Below, piece after piece: positions 1 through 7,542 of a DNA stretch of 54,667 nucleotides. A program made the position numbers and the translations under genes. Source of the stretch: a virus (taxonomy: Duplodnaviria; Caudoviricetes). The DNA is taken from IMG/VR virus record IMGVR_UViG_3300008113_008855, positions 1 through 54,667 of that record. One strand, given 5' to 3'. How positions within the stretch are numbered: position 1 is the stretch's first letter; each line of letters starts with the position of its first letter. Below the pieces are notes generated by a model. It saw only the letters and a program-made list of their open reading frames with translations. It searched no databases and was not told where the DNA came from.

Positions 1-1449
1 ACAACAAGCCCAACCGCTAAATTCCAAGTTGGTACACATTCTATAGGTGATGCTGGTAATGGAGATAATAGTGCGAATGTAAGAATTGGTGCAGCAAGTG
101 CGGGATCAAGAGTATATGGCATGACATTAGCCAATACTGCTACAGCTACACTTAGTAATGAATCTGCACTATCTTTTATAGTAGCTGGCAATTATTCAGC
201 AACTGGTATAATAAGTGCAGTATTACGAAACACCGGTAACGCAGCAACCGATCTTATCTTTACAAATTACAGTGGTGGTTTACAAGAAAGAATGCGTATT
301 TTATACGATGGTAATGTTGGTATAGGTACAAGTAGCCCTAAACAAAAATTAGATGTTAGTGGGGCTGGTGGAAAAATAGCTATTACAAATACAGGTACTA
401 CTGATTATTCTGAACTTGTATTTTATGAAGGTAATTCTGTAAAAGCTGATATTTGGGTAAACGGATCTGCACAAGCAACTTATGCAGGTGTAAATTCAAT
501 GAATATCTGGCAAGGTTCTAATGCCCCTATAGCATTTTATACCAACGGAACAAATGAAAAAATGCGTATTGCTGCTGATGGTAATGTTGGTATAGGTACA
601 ACAAGTCCCACTACAAAATTAGCCGTAAGTAATGGTACAACTATTGCGCAAGTTAATCCATATGATGGTGTAGCTTATTTTGGTACAGTTAATAGCTACC
701 CGATGGCACTATCAGTAAATAGTAGTGAAAAAGTTAGAATTACAAATGATGGCAATGTTGGCATAGGTACAACAATTCCCCTTTATAAATTGGATGTAAA
801 TGGTTCAGTCAATGCTAATAATATTAGAACTACTACTCAAATAGGCGGGACTACCGGTACAATCCAGTCTCTTGTCACTCCGGGCATATATTCAAACGGA
901 TCTTCTACTGGAAATGCAATTGCTATAAGTAGTAATACTACATTTGCAAATCAAGGCGCATGGGCCAATTTAGGATTACATCAAACAACAGCTAATGCAA
1001 ATGATCTAACAGCAAAAGTTTATCTGGCTATTGGAGGATGGTATCAAAATAGCGGAACTGGTCTTCCTGTTTATATCGGAGGTGGATATACATCAAACTC
1101 TTCTTCAGTTCTATCGGTAGTTCCTTCTGATACGGCTGGAAATGGAAACGTTGGTATAGGTACAACAAGCCCAACACAAAGATTACATGTTTTAATGACA
1201 GGTGGAAGTACAACCGCTCCTAACATAGTTGCAACATTTCAAGCTAATACTGCGACAACAATATTAGCCGGTGGTGGTACAGCAATAAAATTTGTTGGTG
1301 TTAGTAGTGGTGGTAATTTACAAAATTATGATCAAGGTATGATATCTACCTTGGGATATGCTGATAATAATCGACATGGTATGCAATTTTGGGTAAAACC
1401 AAATGCTAGTACCGTTTTAACTGTCGGACAAACTATAGCCCGCCGCTAA
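1..1449 (+). CDS. Tail fibre / receptor-binding protein, N-terminal part (5'-truncated by window; frame broken near 1438)
   Basis: Frame +1 is open from base 1 (TTSPTAKFQVG...). Repeated ERMRI..DGNVGIGTTSP..KLDV units typical of phage tail fibres; G/N/T/S-rich. Confidence 0.8.
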   Translation, partial: TTSPTAKFQVGTHSIGDAGNGDNSANVRIGAASAGSRVYGMTLANTATATLSNESALSFIVAGNYSATGIISAVLRNTGNAATDLIFTNYSGGLQERMRILYDGNVGIGTSSPKQKLDVSGAGGKIAITNTGTTDYSELVFYEGNSVKADIWVNGSAQATYAGVNSMNIWQGSNAPIAFYTNGTNEKMRIAADGNVGIGTTSPTTKLAVSNGTTIAQVNPYDGVAYFGTVNSYPMALSVNSSEKVRITNDGNVGIGTTIPLYKLDVNGSVNANNIRTTTQIGGTTGTIQSLVTPGIYSNGSSTGNAIAISSNTTFANQGAWANLGLHQTTANANDLTAKVYLAIGGWYQNSGTGLPVYIGGGYTSNSSSVLSVVPSDTAGNGNVGIGTTSPTQRLHVLMTGGSTTAPNIVATFQANTATTILAGGGTAIKFVGVSSGGNLQNYDQGMISTLGYADNNRHGMQFWVKPNASTVLTVGQTIARR

Positions 1450-2193
1450 ATTACATATAGAAGGTAATGATATAAGACTAAATACTGAAGGAAGTTATGC
1501 TGAAAAATCTTTGTATTTTAGATATTCAGATAATGCAAAAATAATGTCAGATAGTTATTTGACATTTCTTACAAGCGGCACACCTGCTGAAAGAATGCGT
1601 ATTACCAGTGTTGGTAATGTGGGTATAGGTACAACTACAGTAAGAGGATTGTTACATGTAAGTGGTGATATTATAAGAGATACAAATCTACCATATTCAT
1701 GGGGTACATCTGCTCCGCACAGAACATTTGCGGGTGCGTATAGTTACGCAAATGGTGGAGTAAATGGTGTGGCTAGATATCTGTTGTTATGGCCACAAAT
1801 TACAAATGTTAACGGACAAAATGGTAGATTTGTAAATGCAAGATTGGTTGTATCCAGAGGAGCAACTCATGCTTATAATGATACTACAATAGGAGATGTA
1901 GTTGCATCCGCTGGATATAATTCTTCAGCAAACGTATATGCTTATACACCAATAGTTGGAGAAAAACTTTATTTTTATAATATCGTATATAATAGTGTAA
2001 CTTATTTAGCTATATCATTGCCAATTAGTGATTATCGCTGGGAATTAACTGGACACTATGGTATAGAAGAAATCGCATATTATAGTCCAACATTCGTATA
2101 TGCAAATACTAGTGGTGTTGGTACCATAACACAATTAACAGATTATACAAATGAATCTGTGATGGTAATTTAGGTATAGGTACAACAAGTCCT
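307..2193 (+). repeat. Intragenic tail-fibre repeat encoding (D)GNVGIGTTSP, six copies
   Basis: GATGGTAATGTTGGTATAGGTACA is identical at 307-330 and 577-600; variants near 748, 1144, 1613 and 2161. Confidence 0.85.
1439..2173 (+). CDS. Tail fibre, middle segment (frame +2 continuation of the same gene)
   Basis: Frame +2 from 1439 reads PAAKLHIEGNDIRL..., the back half of a GIGTTSP-xKLHx repeat, and contains another ERMRITSVGNVGIGTT unit. Confidence 0.7.
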   Translation, partial: PAAKLHIEGNDIRLNTEGSYAEKSLYFRYSDNAKIMSDSYLTFLTSGTPAERMRITSVGNVGIGTTTVRGLLHVSGDIIRDTNLPYSWGTSAPHRTFAGAYSYANGGVNGVARYLLLWPQITNVNGQNGRFVNARLVVSRGATHAYNDTTIGDVVASAGYNSSANVYAYTPIVGEKLYFYNIVYNSVTYLAISLPISDYRWELTGHYGIEEIAYYSPTFVYANTSGVGTITQLTDYTNESVMVI

Positions 2194-2607
2194 TCGCAAA
2201 AATTAGATGTAAATGGCACAATAAAAGCAACTTCTTATATTGGAGATTTCACTGGAAGATTAGTTAGAACAAGCACTACTCAAACAATCACAGGAAATAG
2301 TGCTTTAACAATAGATGTTGCTGCGGCATATATACATGTCATAACCGTGGCAGCATCAGGAGGTATATTTGGAATATCAAGCGTAACATATAATAATAGA
2401 AAAGCTAACCCAGAAGTAGATGAAATCATATTGATTTTTAAATGGCCAGCAAGCGGATCTGGATCGATAAATATTTCTAATACAATTGGCGACATACCTT
2501 TTAACTATGGCAAAGCCACAGTGACTCGTCTGACATCTTACAAAGGAACGTCAGGCTTTTGGATTGCAGAAACAGTTGCCTCAAATATAGACTATACAAA
2601 TTTATAA
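2161..2607 (+). CDS. Tail fibre, C-terminal segment (frame +1)
   Basis: Frame +1 from 2161 reads DGNLGIGTTSPSQKLDVNGTIKA... open to TAA at 2605-2607; includes the 2347-2607 ORF. Confidence 0.7.
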   Translation, partial: DGNLGIGTTSPSQKLDVNGTIKATSYIGDFTGRLVRTSTTQTITGNSALTIDVAAAYIHVITVAASGGIFGISSVTYNNRKANPEVDEIILIFKWPASGSGSINISNTIGDIPFNYGKATVTRLTSYKGTSGFWIAETVASNIDYTNL

Positions 2608-2660
2608 AATTTTTACAGTTTGTTGTAATTCTAAAATTTAATTCTGATGGAGCTATTCTT

Positions 2661-2666
2661 GTGTAA
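2661..2666 (+). promoter_or_regulatory. GTGTAA motif, candidate phage (late?) promoter element
   Basis: GTGTAA 9 nt before ATG 2676; the same motif precedes starts at 5783(-) and 10471(+). Confidence 0.4.
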
Positions 2667-2675
2667 TTAAAGTAT

Positions 2676-3197
2676 ATGAAGGTTGTTGATATAGCCCAAG
2701 AGATTTACTTTGACTTAAATAGTCCAAGTGATTTAAGTATTGCTGCCTTATCTTATTGGCTAAGATCTAATGTTGGCAAATTGAATAGTTTAGTTTTTGG
2801 AAACTTTTCCATTGACGCAAGCTATGAGATAGTTGATGGAGATAATAATAATGAAGAGATAGATATTAATGCTGCCGCCATCTTGAAAAAGATGTACATG
2901 ATAAATAGATATGCTGTTATTCTAAGATCAAAATTAACAGACCTTGGCACAGATGATGTTATAGAAGTAAAAGATCAAGACACTTCAGTAAGAAGAACAG
3001 ATAAAAATCAAACAATTCGAAGCATAACAGCAGAAAAGAAACAAGAAGAGGACGAATTAAGATATCTAATAAATGCTTATAGAGCTAAAAAATCTGCTCC
3101 AAAACAAGTTGTTGGAGACGACATTATACCTGGAAAATATCCAGAGTATAATCCGTCATTTACTTACAGCAGAACTTACGGCTATACAGCTTTTTAA
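2676..3197 (+). CDS. Hypothetical protein, possibly head-tail adaptor/neck-type virion protein
   Basis: 173-aa helical ORF directly after the tail fibre; function inferred only from size and context. Confidence 0.45.
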   Translation: MKVVDIAQEIYFDLNSPSDLSIAALSYWLRSNVGKLNSLVFGNFSIDASYEIVDGDNNNEEIDINAAAILKKMYMINRYAVILRSKLTDLGTDDVIEVKDQDTSVRRTDKNQTIRSITAEKKQEEDELRYLINAYRAKKSAPKQVVGDDIIPGKYPEYNPSFTYSRTYGYTAF

Positions 3198-3397
3198 AAA
3201 AAGTCTTCGCCGCTGTCTTTCTCTAGCTTTTCTATCTGAGAAATTTCGTAAGAGATGCGCTTTTTTAAAGCGTCAAGTTCAAGCAAGATTTTTTTGGCTT
3301 GCTTTTCAGACTTGCATTTTGTTAGTTTCTCCAGAAGCCTATCTGCTTCAGCAGAGTAAAAGTCGCAAGATTTTGAAATAAGATCTATGTCTTTCAT
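3194..3397 (-). CDS. Small coiled-coil hypothetical protein
   Basis: 67-aa K/E/L-rich ORF co-directional with neighbours. Confidence 0.6.
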   Translation of the reverse strand: MKDIDLISKSCDFYSAEADRLLEKLTKCKSEKQAKKILLELDALKKRISYEISQIEKLEKDSGEDFF

Positions 3398-3426
3398 AAA
3401 AGAAACGGGGGAGCTTTCGCTCCCCC
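3398..3426 (-). terminator. Rho-independent terminator
   Basis: Minus strand GGGGGAGC-GAAA-GCTCCCCC followed by GTTTCTTTT. Confidence 0.8.
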
Positions 3427-3433
3427 TTGCAAT

Positions 3434-3631
3434 TCATCGAGTCTTGCGAGATGCTCGCTTGGCCATTGTCATGGTCTGCGGATCTGCTTGATTTGCGAAA
3501 CCAAAAGCGCTCTTAGCGATTCGCTTAGAATCAGAGCGGTATTGATTAATACGCACCAAACGCTCCACGTTGGTAACCGTTAGGCGACCATTACCAGACT
3601 CTTGAATTGTTACTGTATATGTCTTGCTCAT
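3434..3631 (-). CDS. Small basic hypothetical protein
   Basis: 65-aa ORF with its own promoter (3641-3668) and terminator (3398-3426). Confidence 0.7.
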   Translation of the reverse strand: MSKTYTVTIQESGNGRLTVTNVERLVRINQYRSDSKRIAKSAFGFANQADPQTMTMAKRASRKTR

Positions 3632-3640
3632 AGCAAGAGT

Positions 3641-3668
3641 AATATGGTCTAGATTTTCCTATAGGCAA
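3641..3668 (-). promoter_or_regulatory. Sigma70-like promoter TTGCCT-N16-CATATT
   Basis: -10 ends 9 nt before ATG 3631; same geometry as seven other sites in the window. Confidence 0.65.
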
Positions 3669-3669
3669 A

Positions 3670-4005
3670 TTATTTTATAGGAATAACGTTTACTTTTTCT
3701 TGCTCTTTTTTAGGAACAGTGATTTTTAAAACTCCATCTTCAAGACAAGCAATAGACTCTGAAACTACAGCAGAATTTGGCAACTTATACTCTGCTGAAA
3801 ACGGAGTCCTCTTGTTTCCTTGCTTTGGAGAAACAGTAACGCAAATAATGTTTCCTTTGGAAGTAACAGTTACTTCGTTCTTTGAAAAGCCCGGAACATC
3901 AAGTTCTAGAATGAATGACGTTTCCGTTTCTTTCCACATGTCTAATGTTAGATAGCTGTTTAGTTCTTTTTTCAATTGAGCTGGTGTCTTAAGTGTGTAG
4001 TACAT
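3670..4005 (-). CDS. Small heat-shock protein (Hsp20/alpha-crystallin)
   Basis: LDVPGFSKNEVTV...F...Y.LP...ACLEDGVLKITVPK and C-terminal VIPI (IxI-type) motif. Confidence 0.92.
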   Translation of the reverse strand: MYYTLKTPAQLKKELNSYLTLDMWKETETSFILELDVPGFSKNEVTVTSKGNIICVTVSPKQGNKRTPFSAEYKLPNSAVVSESIACLEDGVLKITVPKKEQEKVNVIPIK

Positions 4006-4019
4006 AGGCGTCTCACTAA

Positions 4020-4035
4020 AGCAATGACCGTGCCG
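4020..4035 (-). promoter_or_regulatory. Sigma-54 (-24/-12) promoter
   Basis: Minus strand CGGCACGGTCATTGCT versus consensus TGGCACG-N4-TTGCW; exact GG-N10-GC spacing, 14 nt before the Hsp20 ATG. Confidence 0.75.
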
Positions 4036-4722
4036 CTATATTTTCTTTAGATTTTCTAAGCTTTTTCGAAGCTTTTGAGACTTGCTGGGATTTTTTGTCT
4101 CACTGATTGTGTCGATGATGAGACGAAATAACTCTTCAACTGAAGCCTTGGAAAAATGGCTATTCTCAGGAGCAATAGGGGAGGTGTCTTGCCATTCAAT
4201 AATAAAGTCCGCAAGCTCTTCTAGCTTAGGGGTGTGGTAAGCTTCTTCGCTATTAACTGGAATAGAATAAAACTTTGCATGATTAAAGAGTTCGTGTATT
4301 TGATATTTCTTGACATGGATTAAAATTCCTTTATTCTTTTTAATCCAAGCTACCTCGTCATTTTCGTATTCGGCATGTCGGATATCTGGAATGCAAATTA
4401 TTCTATCAGTTTTAGCTTTGGGCAAAGCCTTTATTTTTTTATCTAGCTTATTTACCCAATGGGTGCCTTTAGACTCTTCGCGCTTCACCTTAGCATAAAA
4501 AACCAAGAAGTCTCTAATTACAGCCTTCTCTGTTCTTGAGCATGCAACTGGATTTATGTTATACATAGACAGCAAAGTTTCTCGGCACTCTTCCTTTAGC
4601 TCGTCTGCCAAAGCCATGCGCTCAAATTCAAAGCCTTTGCTTTCGAATAACTCTCTAAGCATATTACATAAAGAGTCTTTGCCGTCTCCTGCTAGTCCTG
4701 ATATTCCTATGATTTTTTTCAT
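4036..4722 (-). CDS. Deoxynucleoside monophosphate kinase-like P-loop protein
   Basis: N-terminal IIGISGLAGDGKD Walker A, ALADELK, IPDIR..YENDE as in phage dNMP kinases. Confidence 0.75.
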   Translation of the reverse strand: MKKIIGISGLAGDGKDSLCNMLRELFESKGFEFERMALADELKEECRETLLSMYNINPVACSRTEKAVIRDFLVFYAKVKREESKGTHWVNKLDKKIKALPKAKTDRIICIPDIRHAEYENDEVAWIKKNKGILIHVKKYQIHELFNHAKFYSIPVNSEEAYHTPKLEELADFIIEWQDTSPIAPENSHFSKASVEELFRLIIDTISETKNPSKSQKLRKSLENLKKI

Positions 4723-5330
4723 TTGATAAATAAATTCCAGTCTATATGATTGTTAAAATTGATATAATTATAAGCTAAAATTGGCTTCATTTCTTTTGGC
4801 TCTTTTATTAGTTTAAGGCCAGCCTCTTCTGGGGTTTTGTTTCCTTTTTTGGAGTTTATTTCTTTATGGCAAAGTACCATATTCTCCCAAGTGTTTGGGC
4901 CTCCTCTAGATTTTGGAAAAGGGTGGTCTATGTTTGCCTCTTCTGGCTTTAATTTTTTGCCGCTATATTGGCAAATTCCTTTGTCTCTTAGCCAGATGTT
5001 ATTTTTTGTTGGGCGAAATCTCTTTATAGGAACATCAGAATATCTAGAAGAAACAATAATAGTTGGGACTCTAATTGCTAATTTACTAGTCCTGATTTCT
5101 AGATCACATTGACGGATAGGAAGCTGAATCCAGTCTTCCCATTTTAAGGTTTGGATTTCTTGCACCTCATTGAAATCAAATGATTCATCTGCTTTTTGTT
5201 TATAGATAATATTTAAAGCAGAGCAGTGAGGGCTAACAAGTTCATTGAACGCTTCTCTAACAGATTTAACCCCAATGGGTTGCCAGAGCTTGTTCAAGCA
5301 AAGGCATATGATTTTATCCTCTATCCCCAT
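4719..5330 (-). CDS. HNH endonuclease (McrA/HNH_5-like)
   Basis: RDKGICQYSG...NIDHPFPKSRGGPNTWENMVLCHKEINSKKGNKTPEEA. Confidence 0.9.
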   Translation of the reverse strand: MGIEDKIICLCLNKLWQPIGVKSVREAFNELVSPHCSALNIIYKQKADESFDFNEVQEIQTLKWEDWIQLPIRQCDLEIRTSKLAIRVPTIIVSSRYSDVPIKRFRPTKNNIWLRDKGICQYSGKKLKPEEANIDHPFPKSRGGPNTWENMVLCHKEINSKKGNKTPEEAGLKLIKEPKEMKPILAYNYINFNNHIDWNLFIK

Positions 5331-5371
5331 TTAATAATGAAGCATCTTAATGAAATAAAGTCAAGATTTTT

Positions 5372-5399
5372 TTGAAATTTTAAAGGCGCTCTTTACAAT
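5372..5399 (+). promoter_or_regulatory. Sigma70-like promoter TTGAAA-N16-TACAAT
   Basis: -10 ends 7 nt before ATG 5407. Confidence 0.6.
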
Positions 5400-5406
5400 A
5401 AAGAGT

Positions 5407-5550
5407 ATGCCAAAGACAAACAAGAATACAAAGAAGAAGCCAGCCCCGAAGGCGGCAGCTAAGAAGACGCCAACTACCGGATCAGCAGGGTCAGCGGGAT
5501 CTGCGGGATCTAAGGGTTCGGCTGGATCAGCAGGAAAGACTAAGAAGTGA
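5407..5550 (+). CDS. 47-aa lysine-rich, GSA-repeat peptide (not in ORF track)
   Basis: MPKTNKNTKKKPAPKAAAKKTPTTGSAGSAGSAGSKGSAGSAGKTKK*; own promoter and terminator; synonymous variation among the GSA codons. Confidence 0.7.
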   Translation: MPKTNKNTKKKPAPKAAAKKTPTTGSAGSAGSAGSKGSAGSAGKTKK

Positions 5551-5554
5551 AATC

Positions 5555-5584
5555 AAAGGCGCAATAAAATGCGCCTCTTTTTTT
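5555..5584 (+). terminator. Rho-independent terminator between convergent genes
   Basis: AGGCGCA-ATAAAA-TGCGCCT followed by CTTTTTTT. Confidence 0.7.
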
Positions 5585-5783
5585 AATAAATTATAAAAGA
5601 CTCGTCCATAGAGTCTTCCCAATCAAGAGACTCAGAAGCCTTAGCTTTTCTCTTGAATTGGCTATAGCAAACAGCAATGCGCTGTTTTTGGTCAGGAAAT
5701 TCCTTTAGCATTGATGAATCTCCAGCGCATCTACTCACAAACTCTTTTTGTTTTTCGGTTTTTTTAGGACTCATTAGTGGCAT
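5583..5783 (-). CDS. Small phage hypothetical protein (MP..P...E....F.SRC...QR.A.CYSQ type)
   Basis: 66-aa ORF with a motif pattern I recall from small phage proteins; preceded by GTGTAA (5794-5799). Confidence 0.65.
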   Translation of the reverse strand: MPLMSPKKTEKQKEFVSRCAGDSSMLKEFPDQKQRIAVCYSQFKRKAKASESLDWEDSMDESFIIY

Positions 5784-5799
5784 ATAGAAAATATTACAC

Positions 5800-5979
5800 T
5801 TAATCTACAGACCTTATATTAAAAATATCTACAGTCACCAAAGTCTCGCCGTTAGAAACAAGAAAAGTGTCCTCGTCTTTAACGTCTACAACTTCACCAA
5901 CCCATTCGAAATCGCTATCTAAGATCTTAATTGTTTTTCCAATCAGTCTTCTATTAGCTTGAATTTTTGCGTCGTTCAT
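5800..5979 (-). CDS. 59-aa small beta-barrel (Sm/SH3-like) hypothetical protein (not in ORF track)
   Basis: MNDAKIQANRRLIGKTIKILDSDFEWVGEVVDVKDEDTFLVSNGETLVTVDIFNIRSVD*; ATGA overlap with the upstream gene and fills the gap exactly. Confidence 0.7.
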   Translation of the reverse strand: MNDAKIQANRRLIGKTIKILDSDFEWVGEVVDVKDEDTFLVSNGETLVTVDIFNIRSVD

Positions 5980-6287
5980 TTTAGTTTAATTTTTTTATCA
6001 CTCTTTGAGAAAGACAAAAATACAGAAGTATAATTTTCGTTTTCACTAAAAATTCTGCCGAGAGTATCTAGCACATCTTGAGACATGCCAAGCATTTGAT
6101 CCATGTAAATTTTTTCCAGCTCTAAGCTTAGTCTCTTATTATCCTTCTTGCAGTCACAATCAACTACTGAAGTGTAGCAAAAATTAAGAAACTTTTGAAG
6201 TTGCTCGCTCTTTATTATCTCCTCAGGATGAGCGGCCAAAAGCTTACAGAATTGAAATACGTCTTTTATTTCAAGCGCTCTTTCCAT
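5976..6287 (-). CDS. Hypothetical protein
   Basis: 103-aa ORF overlapping its neighbours in an operon. Confidence 0.65.
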   Translation of the reverse strand: MERALEIKDVFQFCKLLAAHPEEIIKSEQLQKFLNFCYTSVVDCDCKKDNKRLSLELEKIYMDQMLGMSQDVLDTLGRIFSENENYTSVFLSFSKSDKKIKLK

Positions 6288-6615
6288 AAATTAAAATCTT
6301 ATACATAAGCAAGTAAAACCCATAAACAGCCAAGGGATTCTGTCTCCCTAAACTAACCGCTAAGCAACACCAAAATCCAAAACAATATGGACATGACATT
6401 AACCTAGTAATAAAATTATTGTTTCTTGTCTTTAAAAAATCAAAATAATTTACACCTGTTCCGTTAGAAAGCTTAAAACAAAAGTACTCCTCAAGTTTCA
6501 ATAGCCTATTTAGCTTGAAAAGCTTGCAATACTCAACGAGAGCTTCGGTATGATACAGGACATAAATCACTGCCGTTACCATTGAAGCCAAGCAAAGACT
6601 AGCCTGAATGTCCAT
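6271..6615 (-). CDS. Membrane protein, DUF1360-like (CPYC..FW)
   Basis: Hydrophobic segments and LMSCPYCFGFW; likely start ATG at 6615 overlapping the dUTPase end. Confidence 0.55.
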   Translation of the reverse strand: MDIQASLCLASMVTAVIYVLYHTEALVEYCKLFKLNRLLKLEEYFCFKLSNGTGVNYFDFLKTRNNNFITRLMSCPYCFGFWCCLAVSLGRQNPLAVYGFYLLMYKILIYGKSA

Positions 6616-7021
6616 ATCCCTTATCTCCTCTCTTGGTTTCGGCAAGGTTTTCAGACTTTATCCAGTTAATATCGTGGCACTTTTCGATAATAATCTGAGC
6701 AATCTTGTCTCCTTTGTTTACCTCAAAGTCAATATTTAAATCTGTATTTAAAAGAATCACTCCAATGTCTCCTCTATAGTCAGCATCTATTACACCTGCC
6801 ATTACATCTATGCCGCTCTTGTATGCCAATCCAGAGCGCGGAGCAATCCTTCCATAGAAGCCAATTGGAATTGCTAACGAGATATTGGTTTTAATTAGCT
6901 TTCTTGATTGCCTAGAGACCGTTACGGTTTCTGCGGCATACAGATCGTATCCAGCAGAAGAGCCAGTAGCCTTTGTTGGCAAAACCGCTGAATCAGACAA
7001 AAACTTAATATGGATGTCCAT
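6599..7021 (-). CDS. dut: Trimeric dUTPase
   Basis: Motifs AGYDL, RSGLA, GVIDADYRG, KIAQII, RGDKGYGHSG. Confidence 0.97.
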   Translation of the reverse strand: MDIHIKFLSDSAVLPTKATGSSAGYDLYAAETVTVSRQSRKLIKTNISLAIPIGFYGRIAPRSGLAYKSGIDVMAGVIDADYRGDIGVILLNTDLNIDFEVNKGDKIAQIIIEKCHDINWIKSENLAETKRGDKGYGHSG

Positions 7022-7027
7022 AGCAGA

Positions 7028-7055
7028 ATTATGTAAATTTCTATATAAAAGTCAA
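7028..7055 (-). promoter_or_regulatory. Sigma70-like promoter TTGACT-N16-CATAAT
   Basis: -10 ends 6 nt before the dut ATG; back-to-back with the promoter at 7064. Confidence 0.7.
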
Positions 7056-7063
7056 CTTAAAGT

Positions 7064-7091
7064 TTGCCTTTTTTTTATTAGCTATCATATT
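7064..7091 (+). promoter_or_regulatory. Sigma70-like promoter TTGCCT-N16-CATATT
   Basis: -10 ends 7 nt before ATG 7099. Confidence 0.65.
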
Positions 7092-7098
7092 TGTTAAT

Positions 7099-7506
7099 AT
7101 GACTATATTAGATGCATATCAAAATCTAAACGAATTCTTTAATGAGAACCAAGTCCTGAATCTGCGAAGAGACTTTAGAAAAGTTGTTTTGGTAACCGAT
7201 AGAGAAAACGACGATAAGGCTTCGGTTCTTTGTGCTTTGGCAGAGATGGAAAAGTCTGGAATCGTAAAGTCAACCACAATTGAAAATGAAGTTTATTGGG
7301 TTTTATTTAAACCTCTTGAAGCCTTTTCTCAAGATGTGGAGGTTAATTATTTGCTTGCAGCAGGTATCGCAAGTGTAATAAATAAAGTCTGCGAAGCTCT
7401 TAAGAATGATTCTGATAAATGTGATCCAAAAAATATCACGGAAAAAGATCTGAAGAATCTGATATTTATTGCATCTAAGGTCTCAGAGGAGAATCTTAAG
7501 AATTAG
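7099..7506 (+). CDS. Hypothetical protein
   Basis: 135-aa ORF with its own promoter; first gene of the long plus-strand block. Confidence 0.75.
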   Translation: MTILDAYQNLNEFFNENQVLNLRRDFRKVVLVTDRENDDKASVLCALAEMEKSGIVKSTTIENEVYWVLFKPLEAFSQDVEVNYLLAAGIASVINKVCEALKNDSDKCDPKNITEKDLKNLIFIASKVSEENLKN

Positions 7507-7507
7507 T

Positions 7508-7535
7508 TTGACTTTAAAGGAAAACGGTCAATCGT
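7508..7535 (+). promoter_or_regulatory. Probable promoter of the structured RNA, TTGACT-N16-AATCGT
   Basis: Same -35 and spacer as the other promoters but a weaker -10; predicted start ~7542-7543 coincides with the first paired base of the RNA. Confidence 0.5.
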
Positions 7536-7542
7536 TCTTTGA

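Noticed and set aside
1-2607. Diversity-generating retroelement target in the tail fibre
   Set aside because: Repeats are short coding units without adenine-specific divergence; no template repeat or reverse transcriptase in the window.
4719-5330. IscB/omega-RNA (HEARO) system pairing the HNH gene with the structured RNA
   Set aside because: The HNH protein is short with no RuvC or PLMP motifs and lies over 2 kb away on the opposite strand.
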